Part shown: positions 17,655-27,550 of the stretch, piece after piece
How the letters are laid out: every line of letters begins with the position of its first letter
Position numbering within the stretch: the first letter of the stretch is position 1
Assembly: GCA_902606965.1 (NCBI GenBank)
Contig: CACLIK010000001.1
Location: 10,992-74,991 of the forward strand
From: an uncultured marine group I thaumarchaeote
Lineage (GTDB): Archaea; Thermoproteota; Nitrososphaeria; Nitrososphaerales; Nitrosopumilaceae
Direction of reading: 5' to 3'
DNA: 64,000 bases
Made by a program: the position numbers and the translations under genes
Notes under the pieces: model-generated
Told to the model about the DNA's origin: nothing
Seen by the model: the letters and a program-made list of their open reading frames with translations, nothing else
Databases searched by the model: none

Positions 17655-18128
17655 ATGGTTTTGAATGTAGGAGATTCTGCGCCAGACTTTGAGCTTGCAG
17701 ATCCTGATTTGAAAATGAGGAAACTTAGCGAATTTAAAGGCAAAAAAGTGGTTCTGTCATTTATTGTAGCTGCTAGTTCACCTGTATGTGAGACCGAATT
17801 GTGTACGTTTAGGGACTCTTGGGATGAAATTTCTAAGCTAGGTGCACAGATTGTTGCGATTAGTAACGATGGTCCTTTTGCAAACAAAGCATTTGCTGAA
17901 AAAAACAACTTTAACTTTCCAATACTTGGTGACTACAACAGTAAAACAATAAGAGATTATGATATTTTAGCGCCTGACCTTTTGCATCTAAAGGATTACA
18001 ATTTTGCAAAACGCTCTGTCTTCATCATTGATGAAAATGGAATCATATTATACAAATGGATTTCAGAGGATCCATTAAAGGAACCAAATTATCAGGAGAT
18101 TATTGATTTTCTCAAAAAAGGAAATTAA
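17655..18128 (+). CDS. Peroxiredoxin (AhpC/TSA; BCP/PrxQ-like)
   Basis: GDSAPDFEL, SSPVCETELC, conserved Arg in AKRSVFIID. Confidence 0.9.
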   Translation: MVLNVGDSAPDFELADPDLKMRKLSEFKGKKVVLSFIVAASSPVCETELCTFRDSWDEISKLGAQIVAISNDGPFANKAFAEKNNFNFPILGDYNSKTIRDYDILAPDLLHLKDYNFAKRSVFIIDENGIILYKWISEDPLKEPNYQEIIDFLKKGN

Positions 18129-18130
18129 TT

Positions 18131-18643
18131 TTATTCTATCTCAGCTATAATATCATTTTTGTTAACTGAATTCCCTTCTTTAATTTTCAAAGTTTTTACT
18201 TCACCGTCTTTGTGGGATTTGACAGATACTTGCATCTTCATTGATTCCAAAACACACACTACATCATCCTTTTTTATTTTATCACCAACTTTGACCTCTA
18301 TGGAAACAACTTTTCCAGGAATTTGGCTTTTCAGGGTTTTCTGTGCAGAACCAACATCAGCCCCACCTGAACTCTTGTAAACAATCTTATCAAATTTGGA
18401 ATTCTTGTTAATTGTTAGCGGTACTCCATCGAGAACGATTTTCATTTCTCCAGTTTGATTTTCGATATAGTTTACGTTGTGATAGTGATTATCCAACACG
18501 AATTCCATTCCGTGAGAATTAATATCAAGAATTTGGATGTGATGTTCTTTATCCTGAATCTTAATTAGATACTCATTATTGGAAATCTTACTGATAACCT
18601 CTCCATTGAAGGTTTCTTCTATATCTTCAAGTTTGAATTCCAT
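18131..18643 (-). CDS. accB: Biotin carboxyl carrier protein of acetyl/propionyl-CoA carboxylase
   Basis: SQIPGKV...VLESMKMQ biotinylation motif. Confidence 0.93.
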   Translation of the reverse strand: MEFKLEDIEETFNGEVISKISNNEYLIKIQDKEHHIQILDINSHGMEFVLDNHYHNVNYIENQTGEMKIVLDGVPLTINKNSKFDKIVYKSSGGADVGSAQKTLKSQIPGKVVSIEVKVGDKIKKDDVVCVLESMKMQVSVKSHKDGEVKTLKIKEGNSVNKNDIIAEIE

Positions 18644-18646
18644 TTC

Positions 18647-20137
18647 CTATCTATCCATTCGGCTTTTCCACCGTGGGTTTGTAATAGTTGATGATTTTAC
18701 TTTGCTTTGGTAAAATGTTGAATGCATTACAGCTGCGGCAATTGCTGCAAGTTGTTTATCCTTTCTTTGGTTTTTTAGATCTTCTTTTAGTCTATCTACA
18801 ATACCAAATCTTTTCAAAAAGTCAGTTGATAACTGACCATTTTTGTATTCATCTGTTTTCAAAATTGTTTTGTAAAGTGGAATTGATGTTTCAACGCCTT
18901 GAATGTAAAAATCATTCAATGCATTTAGCATTCTTAATCTTGATTCCTCAAATGTTTGTCCCCAAGTACAGAGTTTTGCCATCAAAGAATCATAGAATGG
19001 AGATACAGTACATCCAGGATACAAGTATGTGTCACATCTAACACTTGGTCCCGAAGGAATTGTAACGTTTGGAACAGGGCCCGTTGATGGTGCAAAATCT
19101 AAGAATGTATCTTCTGCGTTAATTCTACATTCAATAGCATACCCATTCATCTTAAGATCACTTTGTTTGAATGGTAATGGTTCTCCATTTGCAATATCTA
19201 GTTGAAGTTTAACAAAGTCTAATCCAGATACCATTTCAGAGATTGGGTGTTCTACCTGCAATCTCGCATTAATTTCTATGAAATAAAATTCTCCATTGTC
19301 TGCTCTTAGAAATTCTGCAGTACCTAAGTTAGTATAATCAACAGCTTCTGCTGCTTTGACAACTAATTCGCCTATTTCTTCTCTTTTGGCTTTATCCACT
19401 ACAGGGGATGGGGTTTGCTCAATGAGTTTTTGATTTCGTCTTTGAATAGAACATTCTCTCTCAAAGAGATGTACTGCATTACCATGATGATCTCTGCACA
19501 TTTGATATTCAATGTGTCTTGTTTTTTCTAAGAATTTTTCAACAATGATTGCGGATTTTCCTACTGCAGCCATTGATTCTGCTGTAACTGTTTCATACGC
19601 ATCTCGTAATTCTTGATCAGTTGTTACAATTCTAATTCCACGACCACCACCGCCATAAACAGATTTTAGCATTACAGGATAGCCAATTTCATTTGCAAGT
19701 TTTTCTGCCTCATCAGCGTCTTTTACTAAATCTGGGCTTCCAGGCACGGTTGGAACTTTTGCTTTGAGCATTGCTTCTTTACAACGCATCTTATCTCCAC
19801 AAAGATTCATTGAATCTGCAGAAGGTCCGATAAAGTTGATTTTGTTCTTTTCACATAATCGTGCAAAGTCATCATTTTCTGAAAGGAAACCATAACCAGG
19901 ATGTACAGCGTCGGTACCAGAAGATAACATAACTTCAAGGATTTTTTCTTGGTTAAGGTAGCTTTTAGCAGGAGCAGCCTCACCTATATGATATGATTCT
20001 GTAGCCTTTTTTACATGAAGAGAGTTTCTATCTTCGTCAGAATATACAGCTACTGTCTTTATCCCAAGTGCTTTACATGTCTTAATAACACGTAATGCTA
20101 TTTCCCCACGATTAGCAATTAACACTTTACTTATCAT
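18647..20137 (-). CDS. accC: Biotin carboxylase subunit
   Basis: KVLIANRGEIA, HPGYGFLSEN, GGGGRG, ERECSIQRRNQK, RLQVEHP. Confidence 0.96.
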   Translation of the reverse strand: MISKVLIANRGEIALRVIKTCKALGIKTVAVYSDEDRNSLHVKKATESYHIGEAAPAKSYLNQEKILEVMLSSGTDAVHPGYGFLSENDDFARLCEKNKINFIGPSADSMNLCGDKMRCKEAMLKAKVPTVPGSPDLVKDADEAEKLANEIGYPVMLKSVYGGGGRGIRIVTTDQELRDAYETVTAESMAAVGKSAIIVEKFLEKTRHIEYQMCRDHHGNAVHLFERECSIQRRNQKLIEQTPSPVVDKAKREEIGELVVKAAEAVDYTNLGTAEFLRADNGEFYFIEINARLQVEHPISEMVSGLDFVKLQLDIANGEPLPFKQSDLKMNGYAIECRINAEDTFLDFAPSTGPVPNVTIPSGPSVRCDTYLYPGCTVSPFYDSLMAKLCTWGQTFEESRLRMLNALNDFYIQGVETSIPLYKTILKTDEYKNGQLSTDFLKRFGIVDRLKEDLKNQRKDKQLAAIAAAVMHSTFYQSKVKSSTITNPRWKSRMDR

Positions 20138-20142
20138 CTAAA

Positions 20143-21690
20143 TCACAGATTCATGTTTCCATGCTTTCTAGGTAACTGTCTGTCCCGTTTGTTAGAAAGC
20201 ATTTCAAGAGCTTTGATAACCATAGGTCTAGTTTCAGCAGGATCAATAACTGTATCAACTGTTCCATGAGATGCAGCGACATATGGATTTGCAAACTTTT
20301 CAGTAAACTCATCTACCAATTGTTTTTTTAGAGCTTCAGGATCCTTTGAACTAGCAAGTTCCTTCCTGTTCATAATCTTAACAGCTGCCTCAGAGCCAAG
20401 AACCGCAATTTGTGCAGTTGGCCATGCATAGTTAATATCCGTTCTCAAATTCTTACTACCCATCGCAATGTAAGCTCCACCATATGCTTTTCCAATAACA
20501 ATAGTGATCTTTGGAACTGTTGCTTCCGAGTAAGCGTACAAAAGTTTGCTTCCATGACGAATAATTCCATTATGTTCTTGATTTGTACCAGGCATATACC
20601 CAGGAGTGTCAACCAATGTAAGAATTGGAATGTGATAACAATCACAAAATCGAATGAAACGTGATGCCTTGTTTGAGGAATCAATATCAAGTGCGCCAGC
20701 AAGGTATTGTGGTTGGCTTGCGACTATACCGATCGTTTTTCCATTCATCCTAGCAAAACCTACAATAATGTTTGGTGCAAACAATTCATGAACCTCAAAA
20801 AAGTTATGATTGTCAACTATTGAATGAATAATCTCTTTCATATCATAAGGTTTCAATGGATCTTCAGGTACCATGCTGATTAGGTTGTGATCCAGACGGT
20901 TTGGATCGTCATCGTTTGATACGATTGAAGGTTCTTCGGTGTTATTTTGTGGAATGTATGAGAGTAACGTCTTGATATAATCCATGCATTCATACTCATT
21001 TTGTGCAACAAAATGAGCAACACCACTTTTGGTACCATGTGTCATAGCTCCACCAAGTTCGTCAAATGAAACTTCTTCACCAAGTACAGTCTTTACGACG
21101 TCAGGTCCCGTGACAAACATGGTTCCTAATTTATCTACCATTATTACAAAATCAGTCATTGCTGGAGAATATACTGCACCGCCAGCAGAAGGTCCAATGC
21201 TAGCAGTAATTTGTGGAACTACACCTGATGCCAATTGGTTATGATAAAAAATATCGCCGAATCCATCAAGACTTTCTATTCCTTCCTGAATTCTGGCTCC
21301 ACCTGAATCCATTATCCCAATAATTGGGCATCCGTTACGTACAGCATGATCCATTAATTTGGTGATTTTTTTTGCGCCCATTTTGCTTAGTGTTCCTCCC
21401 AAAACTGTAAAATCATAAGCAAAAACGTAGACTTGTCTTCCATTAATCACTCCATATCCACCAATTATACCATCACCAAAAAACTTCTTTTTTTGCATAT
21501 CATATTCATGATAATGATGCGTAGTTAGAGCATCAACCTCTACAAAACTTCCCTCATCAAGTAATAGATTAATTCGTTCTCTTGCTGTAAGTTTTCCCTT
21601 CTCATGTTGTTTGGAAATGCGATCCTGACCACCAGCTTGATCAGCAGTCTTCCTTTTTTTTAAAAAACCATCAATTTTATCAGAATGCAT
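20143..21690 (-). CDS. pccB: Acetyl/propionyl-CoA carboxyltransferase subunit (3HP/4HB cycle)
   Basis: GKLTARER, DSGGARIQEG, AGGAVYSPAMTD, KAYGGAY, KHGNMNL. Confidence 0.94.
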   Translation of the reverse strand: MHSDKIDGFLKKRKTADQAGGQDRISKQHEKGKLTARERINLLLDEGSFVEVDALTTHHYHEYDMQKKKFFGDGIIGGYGVINGRQVYVFAYDFTVLGGTLSKMGAKKITKLMDHAVRNGCPIIGIMDSGGARIQEGIESLDGFGDIFYHNQLASGVVPQITASIGPSAGGAVYSPAMTDFVIMVDKLGTMFVTGPDVVKTVLGEEVSFDELGGAMTHGTKSGVAHFVAQNEYECMDYIKTLLSYIPQNNTEEPSIVSNDDDPNRLDHNLISMVPEDPLKPYDMKEIIHSIVDNHNFFEVHELFAPNIIVGFARMNGKTIGIVASQPQYLAGALDIDSSNKASRFIRFCDCYHIPILTLVDTPGYMPGTNQEHNGIIRHGSKLLYAYSEATVPKITIVIGKAYGGAYIAMGSKNLRTDINYAWPTAQIAVLGSEAAVKIMNRKELASSKDPEALKKQLVDEFTEKFANPYVAASHGTVDTVIDPAETRPMVIKALEMLSNKRDRQLPRKHGNMNL

Positions 21691-21713
21691 GATAACAGAT
21701 CATCTAATTCTAG

Positions 21714-22019
21714 TCAAATTTTAAGATTTATCATAGGAAATTTTTCAACTACCGCTTTTTTGTATGAAACAAATGGATCCTCTAATTGTTCACATTTTTG
21801 ACATATACACAGTGGTGATACAGCTTGGGGATTACAATTTTCGATAAATTCACAATTTGGACACCCAACCAAGCCACCACAAATAACGCACTCAAGATCC
21901 TCATTTTCTTTCTTTGTTGAACAGTGATGGATAGAACCATCTTTTTCCACAGGTCTATCTCCTTTCTTATACGGTTTTTTCCAAATTAGTGGTTTATTGC
22001 AAATTCTACATGAAGGCAT
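21714..22019 (-). CDS. Cys-rich hypothetical metal-binding protein
   Basis: 11 Cys in 101 aa; fits tightly between rfcL and pccB on the same strand. Confidence 0.7.
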   Translation of the reverse strand: MPSCRICNKPLIWKKPYKKGDRPVEKDGSIHHCSTKKENEDLECVICGGLVGCPNCEFIENCNPQAVSPLCICQKCEQLEDPFVSYKKAVVEKFPMINLKI

Positions 22020-22031
22020 TCTTTTCTTTCC

Positions 22032-23192
22032 TCATTTAATTAAAGCAATCTCCTTCTCTACAATCTCTTCTAATGATTCATCTAATTCCAAATCTATTTT
22101 TTTATTTTTCATACAATAAAGTAAGAATGGAAAATAAAGTGTTGAAAAAGTGCTTTTTGAAACATGCATAGTTTTTGCCAAAGAGCCAATAATGGACTTT
22201 ATTTTTGCGCCATCCCATCGAAGTCTGTTAAGGAGTTGCCATGAAAGATTATACTTTGAATAACGAATAGGAATGTCTTTTTTATACAATCCCAAAAGTG
22301 TGGCATCCAAGTACCGCAATAAACGCCATTGCTGTGTTTTCATAATTTTCCCGTATAACATATCAGCTTCAGAAATTACTCGCAAAAAATTTTCCATATC
22401 GTCGATAGAAATCTTACTTGTTATGATGCTAGAATAAAACGCATTAATTTTTTCTCTTGGGTCTATCCTGAGAGAATACAAAACGGATCTAGCCTCATCA
22501 ATCGAGTTTGCTTTGTAAAATGCATTGATCCCCTCTTCAACATCCAATGTTTCAAAGGATCTTTCAGTTGGCGGATCAAAACCAGTAACTCTTGCTTGTG
22601 TGAAATTAATCATAGAACGAATATCACCTCTCGATTTTGTGACAAGTTTTGCTAAAGAATCAGAGTCAACTTTTACTCCCTCAAGTTGTAGTATTTTATT
22701 GAGATAAAGTCGCAACAGTTTTGGTGATAATGGTTTCAGATCGATTGTTTTTGCAACTTTTTTGATACTTTTCATCTTTTCTGACGAATCTGTATTTGCG
22801 GCAAGAACTATTGGTACAGTAGGCTCCTTCAAGATCTGGACGATAGCCTGACCACCACCATAATCTGCTCTCCCATGTACTCCATCTACCTCATCGATGA
22901 AAATCATTGGTGTTCCTAAAACAGTCTGATTTCCTAAAACTGGAGTTAGAATTTCGTTAATGTTTTTCTTGTTTCTTACATCACTCGCATTAAGGCTGAT
23001 AAGATCATAACCAAATTGTTTTGCGGCAATATTAGCTAGAGTTGTTTTACCAATGCCTGGCGGACCTACTAACAGAATTGGTTTTGTTCCTTTTTTCCAA
23101 TTTGTAAACCATTCCACAAATAATTTCCTAGATTCTTCATTACCAATTAAATCAAGAAAGTTATTTGGACGATATTTTTCTGACCACATCAT
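22032..23192 (-). CDS. rfcL: Replication factor C large subunit
   Basis: WSEKYRP, GPPGIGKT, LNASDVR, IDEVDG, GDIRS. Confidence 0.92.
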   Translation of the reverse strand: MMWSEKYRPNNFLDLIGNEESRKLFVEWFTNWKKGTKPILLVGPPGIGKTTLANIAAKQFGYDLISLNASDVRNKKNINEILTPVLGNQTVLGTPMIFIDEVDGVHGRADYGGGQAIVQILKEPTVPIVLAANTDSSEKMKSIKKVAKTIDLKPLSPKLLRLYLNKILQLEGVKVDSDSLAKLVTKSRGDIRSMINFTQARVTGFDPPTERSFETLDVEEGINAFYKANSIDEARSVLYSLRIDPREKINAFYSSIITSKISIDDMENFLRVISEADMLYGKIMKTQQWRLLRYLDATLLGLYKKDIPIRYSKYNLSWQLLNRLRWDGAKIKSIIGSLAKTMHVSKSTFSTLYFPFLLYCMKNKKIDLELDESLEEIVEKEIALIK

Positions 23193-23198
23193 AAAAAA

Positions 23199-24314
23199 TC
23201 ACTTTGGTAGTTTTGTTGTAAGATCTGACCAGATGTTTTCCTTTTGTAGTTTTTTAAACCAAAATTCATTATAATGCTCCACTGTCAAAAATAAAAATTC
23301 CAAAAATGGTCTGTGAGAGAAATTTTCAGGCAAAAGATCAAGTGCTTTTCTTGCATCGTCCAGATATGTCTGACTTCTTTCCATTGTTAGATCAAATCCC
23401 TTTTTGACATCATTTGCAGATATGCTATAATATAATGGCCATGATGGAATTTTTACAGCCCTATCTCTAATAGAATCTTCAATCTCATTTCCACACCCAA
23501 CTGACTCGGAAGCCTTACCCATTCCTATCTGAAAGATTTCTCCTAGTGGTTCTCTTGAAAGTGCCATGTTAGAACCAGCTGTACCCATAACAGAACGATA
23601 TTTTTTGTAACTCTCGTCAAGTTCTTTGTCAGTAATTGCCATGGGATTCTGTTTTAATTTAGTATCAAGATATTGGCCAACTCTAGCATCCTTGAATCCA
23701 TTTTCAAATTTCTTTAAAACTTCCTCTCCACCTTTTGCAATTTTCTCTCTAGCTATCTTTAGTATGTATGGATTCATCAACTTATAATCATCCAGATAGT
23801 CCAAGTCTTCATCTTTGTCAACAATTCTATCCATAGGTTCACTAAGATCAATTGCTATGATGTGTCCATCAACAATATCTTCTCTGAGTTGTGAATTTTT
23901 ATCCTGAAAATATTCTGTTGATGCATCAAACAGTGCATTAAACACCGGAAAAGTCATTTTCACAAAATTAGAATTTAGAATTCTTAAAACTCTATCATTT
24001 AGAGTATCAAAGTTCTCAAGCTTTGACTTGATTGGATCAATTTGTGATGATTCTAAAATAATTTCGGTTGAGCCTACTTCCTCTCCAAATTTCTGCTGTG
24101 TAATATTAGGAGATGAATCAGATTTGATCTGTTGTAATAAATCATTTGTAAATCGTGTTGCAAATTCAGGAAACTTTACCTCATATTCTTCCTTGTATTG
24201 ATTGAATTGTCTATACCCCTTAGACTTGAATAATCCCTGTTTGATTATCTTCTTTCCTGATTTTGTTCCCATCAAGGAATTCTTACTGGTAACAGATTCA
24301 TCTTTTCCACTCAC
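23199..24314 (-). CDS. Hypothetical protein with degenerate class I isoprenoid-synthase fold
   Basis: GTG start; motifs SEPMDRIVD, GQYLD, GNEIEDSIRD, KIPSWP in polyprenyl-synthase order; CDS clear, fold inferred. Confidence 0.6.
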   Translation of the reverse strand: MSGKDESVTSKNSLMGTKSGKKIIKQGLFKSKGYRQFNQYKEEYEVKFPEFATRFTNDLLQQIKSDSSPNITQQKFGEEVGSTEIILESSQIDPIKSKLENFDTLNDRVLRILNSNFVKMTFPVFNALFDASTEYFQDKNSQLREDIVDGHIIAIDLSEPMDRIVDKDEDLDYLDDYKLMNPYILKIAREKIAKGGEEVLKKFENGFKDARVGQYLDTKLKQNPMAITDKELDESYKKYRSVMGTAGSNMALSREPLGEIFQIGMGKASESVGCGNEIEDSIRDRAVKIPSWPLYYSISANDVKKGFDLTMERSQTYLDDARKALDLLPENFSHRPFLEFLFLTVEHYNEFWFKKLQKENIWSDLTTKLPK

Positions 24315-24389
24315 AGAATAATCTTCACGAATTGATATTTATGCCTTCAAAAAATTTTCACTTAAATTATGTTCTGTTTGAAATTACAC

Positions 24390-25190
24390 ATGAACACAAT
24401 TGAAATTCTTCTCAATGTTTCAAAACTTGTTTATAAAAATGTCAAAGATCTAGCTGGAACTGCAGAAGCAGCATCAGGAGATTTTGGGAGAGGAGCTGGA
24501 GGAGATATTTCAAGAAATATAGACATAATTGCAGAAAAAACTGTAATTAATTATCTCAAGGAAATAAATTTTGATTGTGTGATACTTGGCGAAGAATGCG
24601 GTAGGGTTGAATTATCATCAAATCCAAAGGGCTTCGTAATAATGGATGCGATAGATGGTTCAGCAAATGCTGTGAGAGGAATGCCATTTTTTTGTTGTTC
24701 GCTAGCATTTTCAACGGAAGAAAAACTTAGCTCGGTGACAGATGCTGTAGTTACAAATCTTTCAACGGGGGATCTTTATTCTGCTTCAAAGGGCGATGGT
24801 GCATCCAAAAATGGCAAGCAAATTTCTGTACATAATGAAAAACCATTATACAAAATTGTTGGAATTAATAGTTCTGGCTCATCACCAGAATTAATGAGCA
24901 GGCTTGCACCGATTTTTGAGAAACATCACCATATTAGACACATGGGTGCTAATGCCCTAGAGATGGCTATGTTAGCAGAAGGCCTAATAGATATTTTTGT
25001 TGATTTACGAAAAAAAATAAGAATTCAGGATTTGGCTGCTGGTTATCTTTTGATAAAAGAAGCTGGTGGTTTGATACTAGATGAAAATCTACAGCCACTT
25101 GACTCTGATCTTAACTATGAAACACGATTATCTTTTGTTGCTGCAGCAAACAAAAACATCCTAGATGAAATTTTTTCATTAATAAAATAA
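24390..25190 (+). CDS. suhB: Bifunctional fructose-1,6-bisphosphatase/inositol monophosphatase
   Basis: DIIAE, LGEECG, MDAIDGSANA, RHMGANALE, DLAAGYLLIKEAGG. Confidence 0.9.
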   Translation: MNTIEILLNVSKLVYKNVKDLAGTAEAASGDFGRGAGGDISRNIDIIAEKTVINYLKEINFDCVILGEECGRVELSSNPKGFVIMDAIDGSANAVRGMPFFCCSLAFSTEEKLSSVTDAVVTNLSTGDLYSASKGDGASKNGKQISVHNEKPLYKIVGINSSGSSPELMSRLAPIFEKHHHIRHMGANALEMAMLAEGLIDIFVDLRKKIRIQDLAAGYLLIKEAGGLILDENLQPLDSDLNYETRLSFVAAANKNILDEIFSLIK

Positions 25191-25268
25191 TGGCGCCCTC
25201 GGCGGGATTTGAACACGCGTCTCAGCCGTGACAGGGCCGAATTCTAGACCGGGCTATACTACAAGGGC
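25191..25268 (-). tRNA. tRNA-Asp(GTC), CCA encoded
   Basis: GCCCTTG/CGAGGGC acceptor + GCCA, loop CTGTCAC; one T-C mismatch in the T-stem. Confidence 0.93.
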
Positions 25269-25360
25269 TTAATTAATCGATAAAATCTTTCAATTTTAAA
25301 GTTTCCAGCTTTTGATGAAATCTGTAAAGACTAAATTATACAGTATAGATATCTTGCTCG

Positions 25361-25434
25361 GGGTCTATAGCGCAGCCAGGTAGCGCACTGGCCTTTTAAG
25401 CCAGCTGTCGTGGGTTCGAATCCCACTAGACCCG
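25361..25434 (+). tRNA. tRNA-Lys(TTT)
   Basis: GGGTCTA/TAGACCC, CTGGC-CTTTTAA-GCCAG, GGTTCGAATCC. Confidence 0.96.
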
Positions 25435-25485
25435 CACTAATCTAAAAATCAACATCATAAAATATGTCTGACATGGGATAATCAC

Positions 25486-26586
25486 ATGAAAGACAAAGTA
25501 ACATTCCTAACAGATGCAAAGTTTGATACAAACCAATTAATCTTAAAAATAAAAGATTCTTCAGAAAATTTGAGTCGTGAAGAGAAAAACACTTTGAATA
25601 AAATAATCTCTGATTTTGAGAATAATGACTTCTCTCTTTTAACTCCCCAAGAGATCAATTGGATGAAAAAAAATGATTCAATTCTCTGGCCTGAATATCT
25701 AGTCTTCCGTTACAATTTCAAGAATTTACCAAAAAAAATGGAATTGCTAAATGCTCCTATACATCTATTAATCGAACCTGTCTCTGCCTGCAATCTAAGA
25801 TGTATAATGTGTTTTCAAATTGATAAAACATTCAGTGACGACTCAAATTTTATGGGGATGATGAAACTGGATTTATTTAAAAAAATTATCGATGATGCGG
25901 TTTCTTGTAATATCCGTGAACTAACTATGGCGTCAAGAGGAGAACCAACACTACATCCTGATTTGAATAAGATGTTAGAATACTGTAAGGGAAAATTTCT
26001 TGAATTCAAAATCAATTCAAATGCCACAAAATTATCAGATGACTTGATCCACTCAATTTTAGATAATGATGTTACTTCTATGGTTTTTTCTATTGACTCC
26101 TACACAAAAGAGAATTTTGAAAGAATTCGTCAGGGAGGAATATTTGAAGAAATTTTGCGCAATATCAAACAATTTAAAAAAATCCGAGATGAACAATATC
26201 CAAACTCTAAATGTGTAACCAGAATTAGCGGTGTCAAAGTTGATAGTGAGCAGGATCCAATAAAATTTAAGGAATTTTGGAAAGAACATGTAGATGAAGT
26301 AGGTATGGTAGAAATGGAAAATAGATGGGATACTTATCATAATCCTAAAGAAGTTATGGGAAATGGTCCATGTAATTTCTTATGGGAAAGAATGTACATT
26401 TGGTATGATGGTGTATGTAATCCATGTGATTCAGATTACAAGAGCGAATTAAAAATTGGTTCAATACTAAACAAGTCTATAGAGGAACTCTGGAATAGTG
26501 AAGAATATCAATCGATACGAAAAACACACATGACTGGTGAAAGAAATTTATGTTTTCCATGTGACAGGTGCCCAAATGGTAGTTAA
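25486..26586 (+). CDS. Radical SAM protein with C-terminal SPASM/twitch domain
   Basis: CNLRCIMC, RGEPTLHP, C..LW...I..DG...PC..D and CFPCDRC. Confidence 0.9.
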   Translation: MKDKVTFLTDAKFDTNQLILKIKDSSENLSREEKNTLNKIISDFENNDFSLLTPQEINWMKKNDSILWPEYLVFRYNFKNLPKKMELLNAPIHLLIEPVSACNLRCIMCFQIDKTFSDDSNFMGMMKLDLFKKIIDDAVSCNIRELTMASRGEPTLHPDLNKMLEYCKGKFLEFKINSNATKLSDDLIHSILDNDVTSMVFSIDSYTKENFERIRQGGIFEEILRNIKQFKKIRDEQYPNSKCVTRISGVKVDSEQDPIKFKEFWKEHVDEVGMVEMENRWDTYHNPKEVMGNGPCNFLWERMYIWYDGVCNPCDSDYKSELKIGSILNKSIEELWNSEEYQSIRKTHMTGERNLCFPCDRCPNGS

Positions 26587-27550
26587 GCTTGGAATAATAG
26601 GATACAAAAATCACGCTAAAAGATTAATTAGTATTCTTGATAATAAAAAAGGCTGTAGTCTAGAATTCATTTATCATCCAACTAAAAAAATAAAAGACGT
26701 TAGAGGTACTAATGAAATATCAGAGCTGTTATCTTGTGATGGCATATTAATCTCATCGCCTAACGATACACATTTTAGCTACCTGAAAAAACTTGAAAAA
26801 TTTAGTGGATACATATTTTGTGAAAAACCTCCAGTTGTATTAAGATCGGAACTAAACAAACTAAAAAAATTTAAAACTAAAAGGAAAAGAAAGATATATT
26901 TTAATTTCAACTTTAGGTTTAAAAAAATCAATTCTTTATTTGAAGATGTAGTTAATGATAAGCGCTTAGGAAAAATAATCAATATTAATATTATTTTGGC
27001 ACATGGACTATCATTCAAAAAAGAGTATGTAAAATCATGGAGATCCAAGAGTAATAGACATAGTGTATTAGATACTGTAACGGTCCATTTTATTGATATG
27101 TTAAATCTACATTTCGGTAAACCCAAAAAAATTCATTACTATCCAAAATTAGTAAACAAAACTGGGACTGCATACGATACAGTAAATCTGAATATGATAT
27201 ATGATAACGGTGTTGATGTGCAAATTTTGAATTCCTACGCATCACCACTAGTCAGTGAGATTTCTATTCTTACGGATAATTCATGGATTACATTTAGAAA
27301 AAATGAATTTATCATATATCACCCTAGAGACACATTTGATAAGAAAGGATTTTTTAAAGATCCACCAATTTATAAGAAATTCAAAATAAACAAAGATGAA
27401 GATTATTTAAAATCTCTGAACCGCTCATTAGATGATTTTATTTTCCATACAAAAAACAATATGCCATTTGATCTGAAATTATTCAATACAAGTCTTGAAG
27501 TTAGTAAAATAATTATTGATCTGAAAAGTAAGCAAATCCTTTCATGCTAA
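26576..27550 (+). CDS. Gfo/Idh/MocA-family oxidoreductase
   Basis: LGIIGY, ISSPNDTH, IFCEKP, NFNFRF, WR, D...HFID; start trimmed to ATG 26576. Confidence 0.85.
   Translation: MVVKLGIIGYKNHAKRLISILDNKKGCSLEFIYHPTKKIKDVRGTNEISELLSCDGILISSPNDTHFSYLKKLEKFSGYIFCEKPPVVLRSELNKLKKFKTKRKRKIYFNFNFRFKKINSLFEDVVNDKRLGKIININIILAHGLSFKKEYVKSWRSKSNRHSVLDTVTVHFIDMLNLHFGKPKKIHYYPKLVNKTGTAYDTVNLNMIYDNGVDVQILNSYASPLVSEISILTDNSWITFRKNEFIIYHPRDTFDKKGFFKDPPIYKKFKINKDEDYLKSLNRSLDDFIFHTKNNMPFDLKLFNTSLEVSKIIIDLKSKQILSC

Noticed and set aside
25191-25268. T-C mismatch in the tRNA-Asp T-stem
   Set aside because: Single deviation in an otherwise canonical tRNA; cannot be distinguished from polymorphism or sequencing error
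25310-25350. TGATGA box-C-like word between tRNA-Asp and tRNA-Lys
   Set aside because: No properly spaced CTGA D/D' boxes; the region is explained by two divergent tRNA promoters
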